Shown one piece after another: positions 1 to 12,446 of a DNA stretch of 42,200 nucleotides. How positions within the stretch are numbered: position 1 is the stretch's first letter; every line of letters starts with the position of its first letter. The position numbers and the translations under genes are program-made. Source of the DNA: Trypethelium eluteriae (Eukaryota); assembly GCA_051942245.1 (NCBI GenBank), contig JAVECL010000153.1:1-42200 (forward strand), read 5' to 3'. The notes under the pieces were generated by a model that was not told the origin of the DNA, made no database searches, and saw nothing but the letters and a program-made list of their open reading frames with translations.

Positions 1-58
1 GGACAATACCCCGCCCTCAGGCATCTTTGCGGTACACCCACCACAGTAGGTGCTCGCC

Positions 59-2092
59 ATGTCCGTCCGAGACTACGGGCTTGCTGCCCCTCATGGGCCG
101 AATATGGATACGGACCGCCATGTCGCAACTGAAGACCTCCACGGGATGAGTCCTCAGGAGGCTTCTGTCTTCCAGTCTATCCTTAAGCCGGACGATATTT
201 ACGACGATCAGGGAGTCTACTGGGCGGATATGCCTCTAATGAAGAGGTTGCGCTTCGTCAACCATGTCGATGCTGTTGAGGCGAAGAAGGAACTCTCGAG
301 CATTGGAAGAATGATCAAGGCAGATCCCCTCAGTCCCGTCGGCTATTACATGCGAAATATGGTCATTCCTGGTGCCGGTCTTTTGCTCGAAGGGTAAGTC
401 TGCCCGTGTTCTTCACCGCGAATCTGTATTCATATCCAGAATAGCTATGTACTCTTCTCAATCGGGAACCTCAAGCCACTCTTCCAGGCAACCTTTAAAA
501 GTTGCTGGCAGCAGCCCGGAAAGAAGAACCCAAATCCCATTTGCAATTACACCTGGGTTGAGGCTGTCGACTATCTTGAGATCGTTGGTATTATCGTCGG
601 ACAAATCCTCGTGGGTATCATTGGTGACTGGCTTGGCCGTCGATGGGGTCTATTACAGGACGCTACTATCATGTTCCTCGGTCTTCTCATGCTCACGGCT
701 TCTTGGGGTGTCACTCAGAATGGCTGGGTGATCTGTTACGTCTGGTCTCTTTTCTTCTATGGCATTGGTGTGGGTGGTGAATACCCAATGACTGCCACTT
801 CTGGTATGGAGAACGCAGTCGGCTCTGGCAAGGTCTCCACGAAGGAAGATCGTCTTCACCGTGGTCGCAAAGTCACCAGCGCTTTCCTGATGCAGGGATG
901 GGGTCAATTCTTCAACCAGGTCATTCTGATCCTCTTGCTTCTCATCTTCCACCATGGTACTGGAAATCCACCATACTCGAAGCTTGCCGCACAGTGGACT
1001 TACCGTATCTCCTTCGCTATCCCCGCTGTCGGGACCTTGTGGCTCGTTTACTATCGTGCCTACAAGATGAAGGCCGCTAGCAAGCAACTTGCGACTGCCA
1101 AGAGAAAGTCTAATGTCACTGGCTACGATACCAAAGCGCTGAGGTACACATTTACTTACTTCGGGCCCCGTCTGTTTGCCACTGCTGGTGCATGGTACGC
1201 CAACGACATCTTTTTCTACGGCAACAAGTTATTCCAGAATAATTTCATCGCGGTCATTACCCCAAATAACAGTTCCGTCATGGTTGGTTGGCTATACAAC
1301 CTGATTAACGTCGGTGTCTCCCTAGTCGGGTACTATATGGCAACTTTCTTCATCGATAACAAATTATACGGACGCAAATGGATGATGATCGTGGGCTTCA
1401 TGATGGACTTTATCCTCTTCATAGTCCCTGGCTTCCAGTTCAGTTATTACCAGGAGAAGTCTCACGTCACCGCTTTCCAAGCCATGTATTTCCTGTCATC
1501 CTTCTTCAATCAGTTCGGTCCCAACTCGGTCACCTTTATTGTCGCCGCTGAGGTCTTCCCAACTCCCATTCGTGCTACCGCCCACGGTTTCTCCGCTGCT
1601 GTCGGCAAGGCCGGTGCCCTGACAGCTGCTGTGATGTACAACTACATCACCGATCCGCAGAAATTCCACGTCGTCCCTTGGTTCGGTCTCGGTGGCGCCA
1701 TCATCACCTGGCTTTTCCTACCTGATACTACGGGTCTCGACCTCAAGGAGCAAGAGCGTCGTTGGTCCTTCATCCGCGATGGGCGTGAGGCCGATTATCA
1801 TGGCATTGCCATCCATCCTCAGCACTTGTCGCTCTGGGAGCGCCTACGGGGTGCGGGCAAGCACTACAATCCCGCCCTAGACTACCAGCAGAAGCTCGAG
1901 GAGCTCCGTGGCGAGTGGATAGACCGACAAGCTCGAAAGGCAGAGGAGAAGGACCAGGAGGAACTGGATGACGATGAATATTCGAGCCATGTCAGCAGTT
2001 ACTTCGAACGCACTCACACTGCTAACGGCAATGGCTATGGTGTGAATGAGAAGAAGCAGCTGTCTGACGAGGGTAGGAGACCCGACGAGTAG
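59..2092 (+). CDS. MFS transporter, phosphate:H+ symporter (Pho84/Git1-like) family, ~660 aa
   Basis: Exons 59-393 and 445-2092. Intron 394-444 (GTAAGT...TAG) joins LLLEG|YVLFSIGN in frame with the 611-2092 ORF. MFS motif GIIGDWLGRR, PHS-family motifs GIGVGGEYP and FFNQFGPNSVTF, AEVFPTPIRATAHG, and many hydrophobic helices. Confidence 0.88.
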
Positions 2093-3276
2093 GCGACTGC
2101 CATGTGAACATAGCGATGACAAAACTTTCTTTTACTGGGAAATTGGTTGGACACGCCGGGATGAGCGATAGACTGGCTTCATATTTGAGCATTTTCATGA
2201 TACCTCGGCTTTCAGTCGCTTTGTCCGATGTATGTAAATTGACGTCGATATACATACACTTTTAATAATCATTCGATGAACCAGAAGTGCAGCGTCCAAT
2301 GGCCATGCTCGATGTACATTTTATCTGACATCATTTGCCTCTTTCCAAAAGTTACTACACAGACTATCAAAGTCATTCGACGAACCTACCAATGCCTCTA
2401 AGTGCACTGGCCCTCACGCTAGCATCGATGCATGCATATTTACCGAGGCAAACCTTATCATCTCTAAATTTCAGAAATAGTTCGCAAGCGCGTTTCATCC
2501 AAATATTGCACTAGATTCCCTTTAAGCAAGCACGGCAAGGTATTACCTCGCACTTCCTAATTCCCTAGGGCAGGATTTCCGCACCCGACTCTTCCCCCAC
2601 ATCATCCGATCCTGGGTTCATGTATGTATCATGATAGTCCCGATTTTCCATTTGCCCACTATGGTAGAGCCTTTGCTTCTCGAAGGCATTGTCAAACCCC
2701 TTTCGGAATTCATCCTGCCACCCTTCCTAACCGGCGTCATACCAAAGACACCTCCTTCAGGCTTCTTCCCCCAATTTCATTTATGTGAAAGCCTGTCAGA
2801 TCGGCTGATGCAATGATTTTGAAGGTACGAGGTCAGGTAAGCATTAGATCCGCTTGGTCCGGTCTCTGACGCAAACGTGTTGGAGGTTAAGGACGCTTGA
2901 GTAGAGAGTCTTATGAGAGTGTCGATGTATGGGGTTGTTGGAAATTGGGGGCTGCTAAGGTGAGTGACGAGAGAGATGATAATGATTATTACGTTAGACG
3001 TCAAGGGTGCAATGGGGTAGTAGCGAGAGAGAATGCTTTGCGTCGATGCGGTTCGTAGGAAGCAATTCAAAAGGTATGGAGATGGGATGATTCATACGTG
3101 ACGACGAAGTTGAGGATTAGAGATGGGTGCTTTGGGAGTGATCAGGTTATATGAAACAGAAAAGATGCTGGTCAATAGGGAAATAGATAGACGAGTTGAG
3201 GACGTGTCGTTTCTGGACTGGATCAAAGACCTCGTCAGCGGTGTTATATTAACCACGAGCTCAAATACCCAAATCC

Positions 3277-5376
3277 TCAGTCCTCCCCATCTGCCTCCGC
3301 TTCCTCTCCATCTCCTTCCTGATCAAAGTCCTCGACCGCAAAGTCCCCTATAATATCCCACCGGTCTCCCTTCGCTTTCTGGCTCACGTACTTCACAAAC
3401 CTCAGCACCCCCTTATCCCTCAAAACGACGCTTAAATGATTGAAATTGGGAGGAGTTGAGAACAGGATGCTATCATCCTCATCCTCTCCTGTTGGAGCTG
3501 AGGATTTATACTGAGCAGGGTCAGCAGTAGAGGACGGATCCTCAGCAGCCATGTAAACCTCATGGCCACCGACATCAATGTGCTCTGACGGCCCACCATT
3601 CTTGTCCAGCCCGGCCTCAGGTCTAGCTTTCTCCAACGCAGATGAGCCACTCGATCCTTTGCTCTGCCCCTTCGTTTTTGCACGAAGGGACTCAGCAGGA
3701 ATTTCGTCTTCAGACGACCTGTCTCCATCTACAACGTCATTTTCCGCTCCTTCTTCGATCCCGTCTATGTCGTCCTCGTCTTCGGGTGCTTCCCAGCCCT
3801 TGGTCGGGGTCATCCCGAAGGTGAATTCCAACTGCGGCTCGTCATTCTCGTATGCCGTGGCCAGCGTATAATCCATACCACGCCGAAACCGTCTTGCGGT
3901 CAGATTGCTACCCCCAAGCTTCAGTCCCGTCGAGAGCGAGAGCCACTTGCGGAATGCGACAGACGCGAAAAATTGGTTGAGCAGCCTGAGAATATAGTTT
4001 TTGTCTTCGGGCGATGAATCGAGATTTGAGGTAATCTCGCCTTGGTAGTATTGAAAGCGGTGTTTATGCGGGGGACGAGCAAGACGCCACCGAGAGAACT
4101 CTGTTTGGGCTTCAGCATTAGGATTCCTGAGGTCGAGTTCGGCCGCAAGGATGTAGGCATGTAGGGTCTGAGCGTAGGACTTGGACAGGAAGTCTGCGAG
4201 TCGAAGGGATGATTCATCGGCGAACAGCTCCTGCAACTGCTCGACAGTGTCGGGAGTTAGATATTTCGGGTCCATGAACTGTAGCAGGAAATCGAGGTCT
4301 GCTTCCGAGAGCTCATCTTCTGTGTCGAGTTTCGGATGCAGCTCCGTGGTTGCATTTGGAACTGTAGCAGGATATTGATGGCGCACGACCTGAGGCTCGT
4401 CGAATTCGTCCACGTTTCCTTGCAGTTGGGCCAGAGAGCTCTTTGCTGCAACTCGCCTCTCTAGTCCTTCTTCATAACCATCCTCGCCCCGCTGCGGGAT
4501 ATGATACCATCCGCTGATGGCCATCCTTACTCGACCCCCATCATCTTGTTCCGCACCCTCAGATCTATGGTAGACTTCCTCAACATCATGGAAACTCTCC
4601 CCAGGCTGGACAGCAAAGAACGACAATTGATTGAACTCTGGTGGTATGCTCTTAGTCCACTCAGGACTTGGTGTTTTCACTTCTTCCTCTTTCACGTCCC
4701 CTTGTATGTCACTGCTGTGTCGATATCGCTTTTCCAATGGGTATAATCTCAACGCGCCTCCCCACTCAGGCCGCCACGGCTTATCTGGATCCGTCAAATA
4801 TAAGATATAGCTCACTCGTCTTGTCCCGATCACGTCGTCATGACACAGCAAATGATCTCCGGGTGTGTAGACATTGATGGCCATATCTGTTTTCTGCCCG
4901 CTCAAGGGACCAGAATCTGCAACTTGGGCAATCCATGATCGAAAGTCCGACGAATATAGAGCGTCACGCAACTTCAAGAGAGATGGAAGACGAGCTAGGG
5001 AGGATGAGTCAAGGCCTGAGAGATTGGCAAGATCGCCAGATTGGTGGAGGCGGTAGATGTCGGTTTCTTTGGGAGTAAAAGAGAGATTGGTACGGATTTC
5101 GTGGCGTACAGAGCGGAGGAGAGTCTGATTGATCAAGGATGGTATGACTCCATGTTTGTAGCTGATCCAAACTTTGTCAGAATAGACCAGTTGATTGGTA
5201 AAGAACCAAATATCTTACGGCTCGGAGGATAGATATGCTTTCCTATACTGTAGTAATTGTGTCTCATCAAACAGCCCGTCACGAAAATGGTCCACTATAT
5301 TCTTTAGAGGAAGAGCCCGCTTTTTGGTGGCACCATTGATACTCTCATTTTGGCATGCTTCAAGTTTTCTTTTCAT
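3277..5376 (-). CDS. TPA1: Tpa1/Ofd1/OGFOD1 prolyl 3,4-dihydroxylase (2OG-Fe(II) oxygenase of ribosomal uS12), ~680 aa
   Basis: Exon 1 5376-5219 (MKRKLEACQN...YLSSEP), intron 5218-5162 (GTAAGA...CTGAC...CAG), exon 2 5161-3277. Motifs PYKHGVI, FTPKETDIY, QSGDLANL, LLCHDDVIGTRRVSYILYL (HxD), WGGALRLY, SFHDVEEV, RMAISGWYH, and C-terminal RRFRRGMDYTLA and VLRFVKYVS. Confidence 0.93.
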
Positions 5377-8300
5377 CTTTAGAGCCCACAGTTGTAGGCA
5401 GCGATGGCGAATACAGTTGTGGTCAAAGTGTGTGTAATTACAAAATTTAGTGCGGTTCGGCGGAGATAGGGCCGCCGTCTAGCAGACCTGAAGATTTCGC
5501 GATTTGTACTCCATTCGCGAAGGCTCCCACAAAATGATGGGACAAGAGCTCAAATTCGTCAAGAACTACCTTGTTGTTTGTGTTTTAATGTGCTCAAGAA
5601 TTAATTCACACGTAAAAAAGTCTAATTCGTAGAATGCTTCCGTACTGTCAGTCCATGCTGCGTTGGATGTGTTCATTGAGCAAGGCTCCGGCTACCAATG
5701 AGAATCACTCAGTACATGTCAATGCACAACATTTCATTTCCCATTCTGATTGCCGTCCGAGAAAATGAGTTGCCGTGCATAATCTCGTATCACCATTGTG
5801 TCTTTAGATCACCGTACTCCGTCACATCTGTGAGTACTCCTCTGTGCTTCAAGAAAACGTGGTGACAAAGTCCATGTGCCTTTCCGTTGTTGAGTCTAAG
5901 ACTAGCTAAATTCAGATGGAGAATTGTCGGTTTAGGCAGCTTTTCTTGTGTGGCAGACACGTTTTTGTGACTCGGTACACCAAGGAGCAGTTACCCTCTG
6001 TCACCAATAAAGAGGTGGAACCGTGCAGAAGACCGAACCGACTACGCTTCCAGAATTTGAATAGCTGAGACTGTGCCATGATTAGCTCTGTAGATGATGT
6101 AGACCTGGATACTGATAGAAAACATTGGGTTTGGAACACACTAGTTCGGGTTGAGATTGTATAATATCGACTACACAAATGTAGAGGTAAAATCCGCCGA
6201 ATTCATAGCGGACGTTGTGCTCTGCCGCGGGGGAATACACAGAGCGTTGAACACGAGCTATTGACTGAGTCAACCAAAGTTTGCCGGTGATTAGGACTGA
6301 TGTTCCTCCTGGACATGGCCGCCGGAGTACATCTGTACGTCGGGTGTACGCGACGGAAACTTTTTTCATGTAGCTGTGTTACTGCTGATGTAGGCATCCA
6401 TGCAGAGTATCTCAAGTGACATATCGCTCTGTATCCAAAAATCTCTACTCATCATAGAATGGAATTCTACTGTACACCTGATTCTCCAGGAGAAATCCAA
6501 CATCGTGAAGTAGCCAAACAATCTACAAGACGGTCTTTCAACTGGTAGACACTCAAGAAACACCAGGAGAAATCGTAAGGAATACGGGTATTAGCGATAC
6601 TGGCTGACATTGGCAAAAGCCGCTACATGAACTCAACATATTCAGCGATATTGCTCAACAACATTGTCCAGTGATGGCCAATGGCGTAGAAAAACATCAA
6701 ACAAAAGCCGCCAAATTAGCTCGTCCCTAAGCCTTAGCATGCCTCCTGACATTTCTTACCGGGCCTCTTCAGGACATTGACTTCCATGGCTCATCAATCA
6801 GTGTCATGACCCGATGATCAGTATCTTGACCAGAGAAGTTGGGGATAGATTGTGAGTGTCGATGGGATCGTCGAGTGAATTCGAAATGCTTGGCGCTTAC
6901 AATGCCTGTTGTGCGAGACTGTAAAATATGTCTATTACATCCAGCAAGCCCGAAGATCATATCAAGCGTCGGGGTACAGAGGCATGGATGTTCTGGTTTC
7001 TTTGTAGAACATGGCTGGTGATGTCCAGATGGACTGCATGATCGAAACCAGGGGAATCTAGAACAATCACACCTTTTATTAGATCAAGATCTGGATCAAG
7101 AAATAGTCGGAGAGAGATGCTTGGACAGGAATTTCCCGTCCAGTGCCAGACCTGTAGTGAAAGGTACCACAACGATCGATGAAAGCGTGTGGCAATAGAG
7201 GGGGCTCAAGGGAGGCTGGAATCGAGACCCCGCGGTGTCGCCTTGGTTGTCGCCAGGAGGCACCCAGCCACGTCGTGGAACAGATGAGCAAGGAGAGGAA
7301 AATTTCTTCACCAAGCTTTGGGCAGGAGTTCATCAGAGTGTCAAAAAACGTTTAACTAAGATCTCACCGTTCTTTATAGGATGCGATGAGGAGGGCGAGG
7401 TAGGGCGAGCAAAAAAAATAGCTATGACGTGCAGCGGAGGCGGATAGAGCCGGCCGATTCATGTTCGGAATAAGATAAAATTCGCCTACTCCGTGCGAGA
7501 CACGCGAGGGCTTCATCGGAGGGCCGACTTCTGAAGAAAAACAACAGTGAGCCGGTAACCCAACGTGGTAGGAGAGTCTCGGACCAACCTGAGCTGACGA
7601 TCAGCCATGGAATTGGTTTAGGTGGTTTTGGCAGGGATCAGCATGGATCTTGACCCGTTCTGCTCTCCAACTGCAGATGCGCCTGCACACGCACTGAGCA
7701 TGTTGTCATCCAAATAAAAGCATTCGGTGCAATACCTTGCAAGGCCATCTTTCTCAATGCATGGAGAGCTCAGACGACGCGACGGTCTCTCCATCAGCCT
7801 GTTGTGTGGCAGGTGTAGCAGGTGTGGCAGCAGCGGCCGCGCAACCAGCTGAAGCTGTGGCGCGCCGGCAAATTGGGGTGGACGCCTTCAGCGCGGCAGC
7901 TCGTCGCACAAAAGCTTAACTTATCCGCAGTACCCAAGATTTGGCGTGGGTGACCAGGCAGCGCTGCGGTTGCACCTGTCACTGAATGCACGCAGCAGCC
8001 GAGCGGTACGGTCCTGGTGGGACGGGGGAAGGATAGCCGCGATGCCCTAGCTAGACCCGCACGGAAGAGGAAAAGACTAAGGCAATTGGCATGGCAAAAG
8101 GGCATGGCAATGGGAAATGGAAATGGGGTGACGGGGGAACAGTGCGGAGGATGGATTGGGAGAATGCAACGTTGACGCCACCGCATGGTTCTGCTCGAAT
8201 GGGCAGGCGTGGCAGGACAGCCTCCCCCAGCCGTGGACGGGCTGCGGAGGCCAGGGGCTGAGAGGAGTGGAAGGAAGGGAATGGTGGAAAGGTGGAAAGG

Positions 8301-10208
8301 TGGGAAAGTACCTCTTAGCACCTTAGGGCCTTAGAGAGAGCCGCCAACAGAATTAGGACACAGACGCATGTAAGGGGAAACGGAGCCGATGCAACGTGTA
8401 GCACGAGGGCTTCTGCTGGTCTGGCGCTGATCAGGACGATGAGGCCAGTCGTAAGTCGCAGTCTAAACTTCCCTCGGGCCGGCAGTTTTCGGCGTAGCGC
8501 GGGCTGCTGATCTCGGCCGCCGGTGGAGATGGCACGATGGCCATCACCTGTATCTTGCATGCCACGCTGAGAAGCAGCAGTAGCAGCTCCCTGAGCCCAC
8601 CTGGCAGTCGCGCGAGGTCAGCCCCCACACCACACCTCACCACTCACCACTCGTCTTGCCGTGCTTAGCTTGTCGTCGCTTCGACGAGGAGGATGATTGC
8701 AGCAGAGATTAGCGTTAAGGTTGCCGCCAACACCCGTCCACCATCATCATCAGCAAAGGTGAAGCCGGGCTTCCATGGCCCGGGCGCCCTTCTAGGATGG
8801 ACGCTAGGGCGTCGCGTAGCCCAGACGGCAGTGCGGGCGGTGTTGGTTGGAGGCCAAGCAGAAAGCAGCAAGGACGAGGACGAGAAGGTGAGCATGGTGA
8901 GAAGGGAAAGGGAAGGACACGTGGGGAGACCCCTCGGAGGCAGATTTGGTGGATTCAGAAGGCGGGATGGCGCTGTCGCCCTTTCCTGTTGCGCGCCATT
9001 GGCTGCACGGGGCCGGTCTTGAGTGCCAAAGGCGTGCCATGGCGTGCAATGTGTGCGTGGTGCCCTGGTCGAAGCCGGGGTCCCTGCCCTTCCCTGCTCT
9101 GCCATGTTCGCATCCGCTAGCCGGTCTATGACTATCCTGCATGAGTGCTAGTCTCTCCACGCTCCAGCAGCAGCAGCCGTGAGCCTAAGCTGCTGAGAAA
9201 AACCGTCCCTCGTCCACTGCGCCGTGACTTCCTGGCCTCGACCTGACCCTCACATCTCACTCCTCGTCCCGTCAGCCCCAGCAGACTCGCAGCAGTCGCC
9301 GACGCTCTTCCTCTCCTCCGCGCGACCACCCTCCCTTTCCTCTCTGCTGCTCATGCAAGGCGCCAATTGACCCTCCCAGTGCCGTGCTGCTGGTCCTGCC
9401 CTCGTTGCGACTAAAGAGAGACATCAGCCCGTCACCTGCCACAGGACGTGACCACCCCCGCGCGCTCTCATGACCACGTCTCTGCCTATTCGTCTTTGAC
9501 AACGTCCACCGCGACACATTCACCACCAAATATAGCCTCGCGCGGTTTTCGGCGTCGCGACTCGACAGCACGCTTCTGAGGCCGAGTCACGGCTCATACC
9601 CGGTCGACCTTCTCCTTCACCTCGACCCTGGATTCGTCTCTCGATTTGAGCCTATTCTTTGAAGAAAATATTCCTCTCACTCGCTCAACAGCAGCAGCAG
9701 CACTTTATTTGGATTGGTCCCTTGTCTCCGCAGGTGATTTTGCTTGCCGAAGAGAACGTGTTTCAGAGCAGACAAGCAAGTGGACACTGAGGCTATCCCG
9801 CTTCGAATAAGCCGCTGCAGCCACACCCACACCTGTCCAACTCTTATTTTTTTTTCCATTGTATAAAACCATTAATACTTCAAACCTCATTCGAAGATTT
9901 GCTCGATTAATACCCCGGCCAATTGAGTCTCTTCTTCGATTAAGGCGGCCTCTTGAAACACCCCCGCAGGACAGGCATATTCCGTCACGCTCCGTAGATC
10001 AGACCAGCGTATATCACATCTCGACCATACATTTTTGATTGACTGCACAGTGCAGCGATAAAGGTGTGTTGCTCTTGGCGCAACGTCAGCCATACACATG
10101 GTCGGCTAGTCTTCAAGGTCATCCAAGACTAACATACACTGAAGCCCAGCGCTTTTACAGCTATCTTCAGCTTACTTTTCTCCCGAGTGTATTGCTCCAC
10201 CTCCCACT

Positions 10209-12446
10209 ATGTCAGCAATGGACATTTCGTCGCCGCATCGTGACGGGCCGACATCCCAGCCACAAGGCTTGCCTTCGATAATGTCACTCACCAATGGGCT
10301 GTCGCCACAAGCGACTTCACCATTGAACAACAAGCAGGAAACTCGAGATTCAGGCGCATTCTCTGTATCCCAACAGAGTAAACGTGAGTATAGACTCAAC
10401 ACTACATCCCTTGCTCTTGCTGTACTGCTTCCACCGGTCTTGATCGAAATTTCTTACGATCTACACCGAATATCGTTTTCTCCCCACTTTCAACTTTTTT
10501 TGTGGTCTTTGGAGATGATTTTAGATGAATGTGCCTCGGTCATACCATACGACGACTTGGCTACATTCTCTCAACATCTGCTACCATTTACCACCATCTT
10601 CTTTGCCTTTTACTGCTTTCACTATCCAAAGAAGTAGCCTAATCACAGCGATGCTGACATTTACTTGATAGATTCTTCTGCCGTGTCCAACCCAAACCTC
10701 CAAATCAACACAATACTCAACGCCGATGAGTCTCCAAATCGACAATCAGGCCCAGCGTCGCCTCTTTCAGCTAGGGTGCCATCTCATCATGTAAGCTTAT
10801 CCGCTCATTATGATAATACCTATTAACTGGGTTGATCAGAGTGGCAATTTGCCGTCGCTCAACAAACCCTTCGAAGGCTATAATAGGGACAGTGGGACAG
10901 ATTACAGCAGGAACAGTGGCGCAGATTTCAATAGGAACAGTGGAACAGATTACAGAAACAGCGGTACGGATTATCGCAATAGTGGCACCGACTACAGGAA
11001 CAGCGGGACAGACTATCGTAGTAGTGGGACAGATTACAGGACCAGCGGCACCGACTTCAGCAGGACCAGCGGAATTACAGACTATACACCTCAGCACGAG
11101 TCCAGGCGAAGCAGTATCGACAGCCGTATGAACAGTGGTATGAGCCACCTTGTGATTGGCCCGTCGTCCCCTTACAACGAGAGCCAAAATGCTTCCCAGG
11201 TCTCCCTCGCTTCCAACTTACAACATCAACGCGGAATCACATCGTCGGTCCCTCCGCGATCAAGTGGGACAGCGCCACTGTCACCATTGAGCGGACGGTC
11301 TAGTGCACGAAGCAATCAAGCGCCTCGTATTGCTCCCGTCATCAATCCGAACCCTCGAGGTGTTTCTGGCATGCCCGATCCTACAGCTGCTGCACCGACA
11401 AAGGGTTACGCATGGGCTTTCCCGGACGCTCGACCTGGGGAGAGAGCGGAATCCAGACCCGTCAGCAGAGCCCCCCAACCTGAACCAGAACCAGAAATAT
11501 CTGGTAGAAACAGTGAAGACTCTAGCCCTGAACGTTCGTTATCCCGACAAGGCAGTTTTGCGGCTTCCATCAACAGCAGTCTATACACGGATCCAAATTT
11601 ACCTCCAGGTCAGCGGAGGTTTGATGATGGTAAGATACATTATCGTGTTTGATTCGGTCCTCGAGAAGCCATACTCACTGTTGTGTAGATCCTGCTACGA
11701 CGCATCATCACTCGATGAAGCACAAGGCTATCGTGAATCTGCAGGGAGGTGATGCTATGTCACCAGCCGGTAGCGGAAATTACAGCCGGACTCCAGAATT
11801 GCGCAACAGTCACAAACTTGCTGAGCGGAAGCGACGTAGTGAAATGAAAGATCTCTTCGATACTCTGAACGAAATTTTACCTGGAGGCCCCAGTAATAAA
11901 ACGAGTAAATGGGAAATACTATCAAAGGGTAAGCCAAATCCAACTTTTGGCTATTGTACAGTCACAAGCCAATTCTCGATGCTAATGTATCCCGACTTAG
12001 CTATCGAACACATCAAAGCACTTGATCGTAACAACACTCACAGTCAGGCTGAACTCCAACATATGCGACCTGAATTGGATTATGCCCGTCGCACTCAGAA
12101 CGAGAACGACCAACTTCGTCACGAAGTCGAAATGATGTATCAACAGCTGCGCGTTGCCGATCCCCAGAATCCACACGTCTATGGTACTATGACTGGTCAT
12201 CTTGCCCAGCAGCAGGGGCAGCAGCAACATCACAATTCGCAGACTAATGGGGCGAACGGCTTCACGCCAAGCCAGCCACACACGAATGGAACAGCGCAAA
12301 ATGTGTTACCACCTCTCCAGCAGCAGCAATCGGCTTCGAGTCCAGGGCAGTGGCCTATGCCACCCCAGACCCAACCTCAACCGCCGGTTTCTGGAGCACC
12401 GATGCAGGGTGTCGAGATGTACGGGCGTACCTTTGAACGGCGATAA
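10209..12446 (+). CDS. devR: bHLH transcription factor, DevR / S. pombe Esc1 / Neurospora CHC-1 type, ~589 aa
   Basis: Exons 10209-10383, 10672-10790, 10840-11629, 11689-11928 and 12001-12446, all with GT-AG introns and frame-consistent. Basic region YSRTPELRNSHKLAERKRRSEMKDLFDTL...SKWEILSKAIEHI is typical of the Esc1/DevR group. Q-rich C-terminus. The gene symbol comes from family recognition, not an orthology test. Confidence 0.85.
10885..11085 (+). repeat. Coding tandem repeat: 9 units of 7-8 aa, consensus R-N-S-G-T-D-Y (21-24 bp period)
   Basis: Translation RDSGTDYS RNSGADFN RNSGTDY RNSGTDY RNSGTDY RNSGTDY RSSGTDY RTSGTDFS RTSGITDY within bHLH exon 3. Confidence 0.95.

Noticed and set aside
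59..2092. Functional link between the phosphate-type transporter and arsM (arsenate uptake)
   Set aside because: They are 24 kb apart, separated by core genes, and the transporter substrate is uncertain.
2560..3100. Minus-strand intron-like signals and a short acidic frame (EGWQDEFRKGFDNAFEKQ...EILP) between the transporter and TPA1
   Set aside because: An in-frame TAG lies just upstream, and no start or consistent exon chain could be built. It may be UTR or a relic, and is not supportable as a gene.
7737..9571. Many overlapping 60-175 aa ORFs on both strands
   Set aside because: They have no recognisable motifs and a low-complexity R/P/A/G composition, as expected by chance in GC-rich promoter DNA.
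10885..11085. Regular ~21-bp periodicity resembling a CRISPR or minisatellite array
   Set aside because: There are no spacers, and the units diverge at synonymous positions inside a eukaryotic exon. It is a coding peptide repeat.
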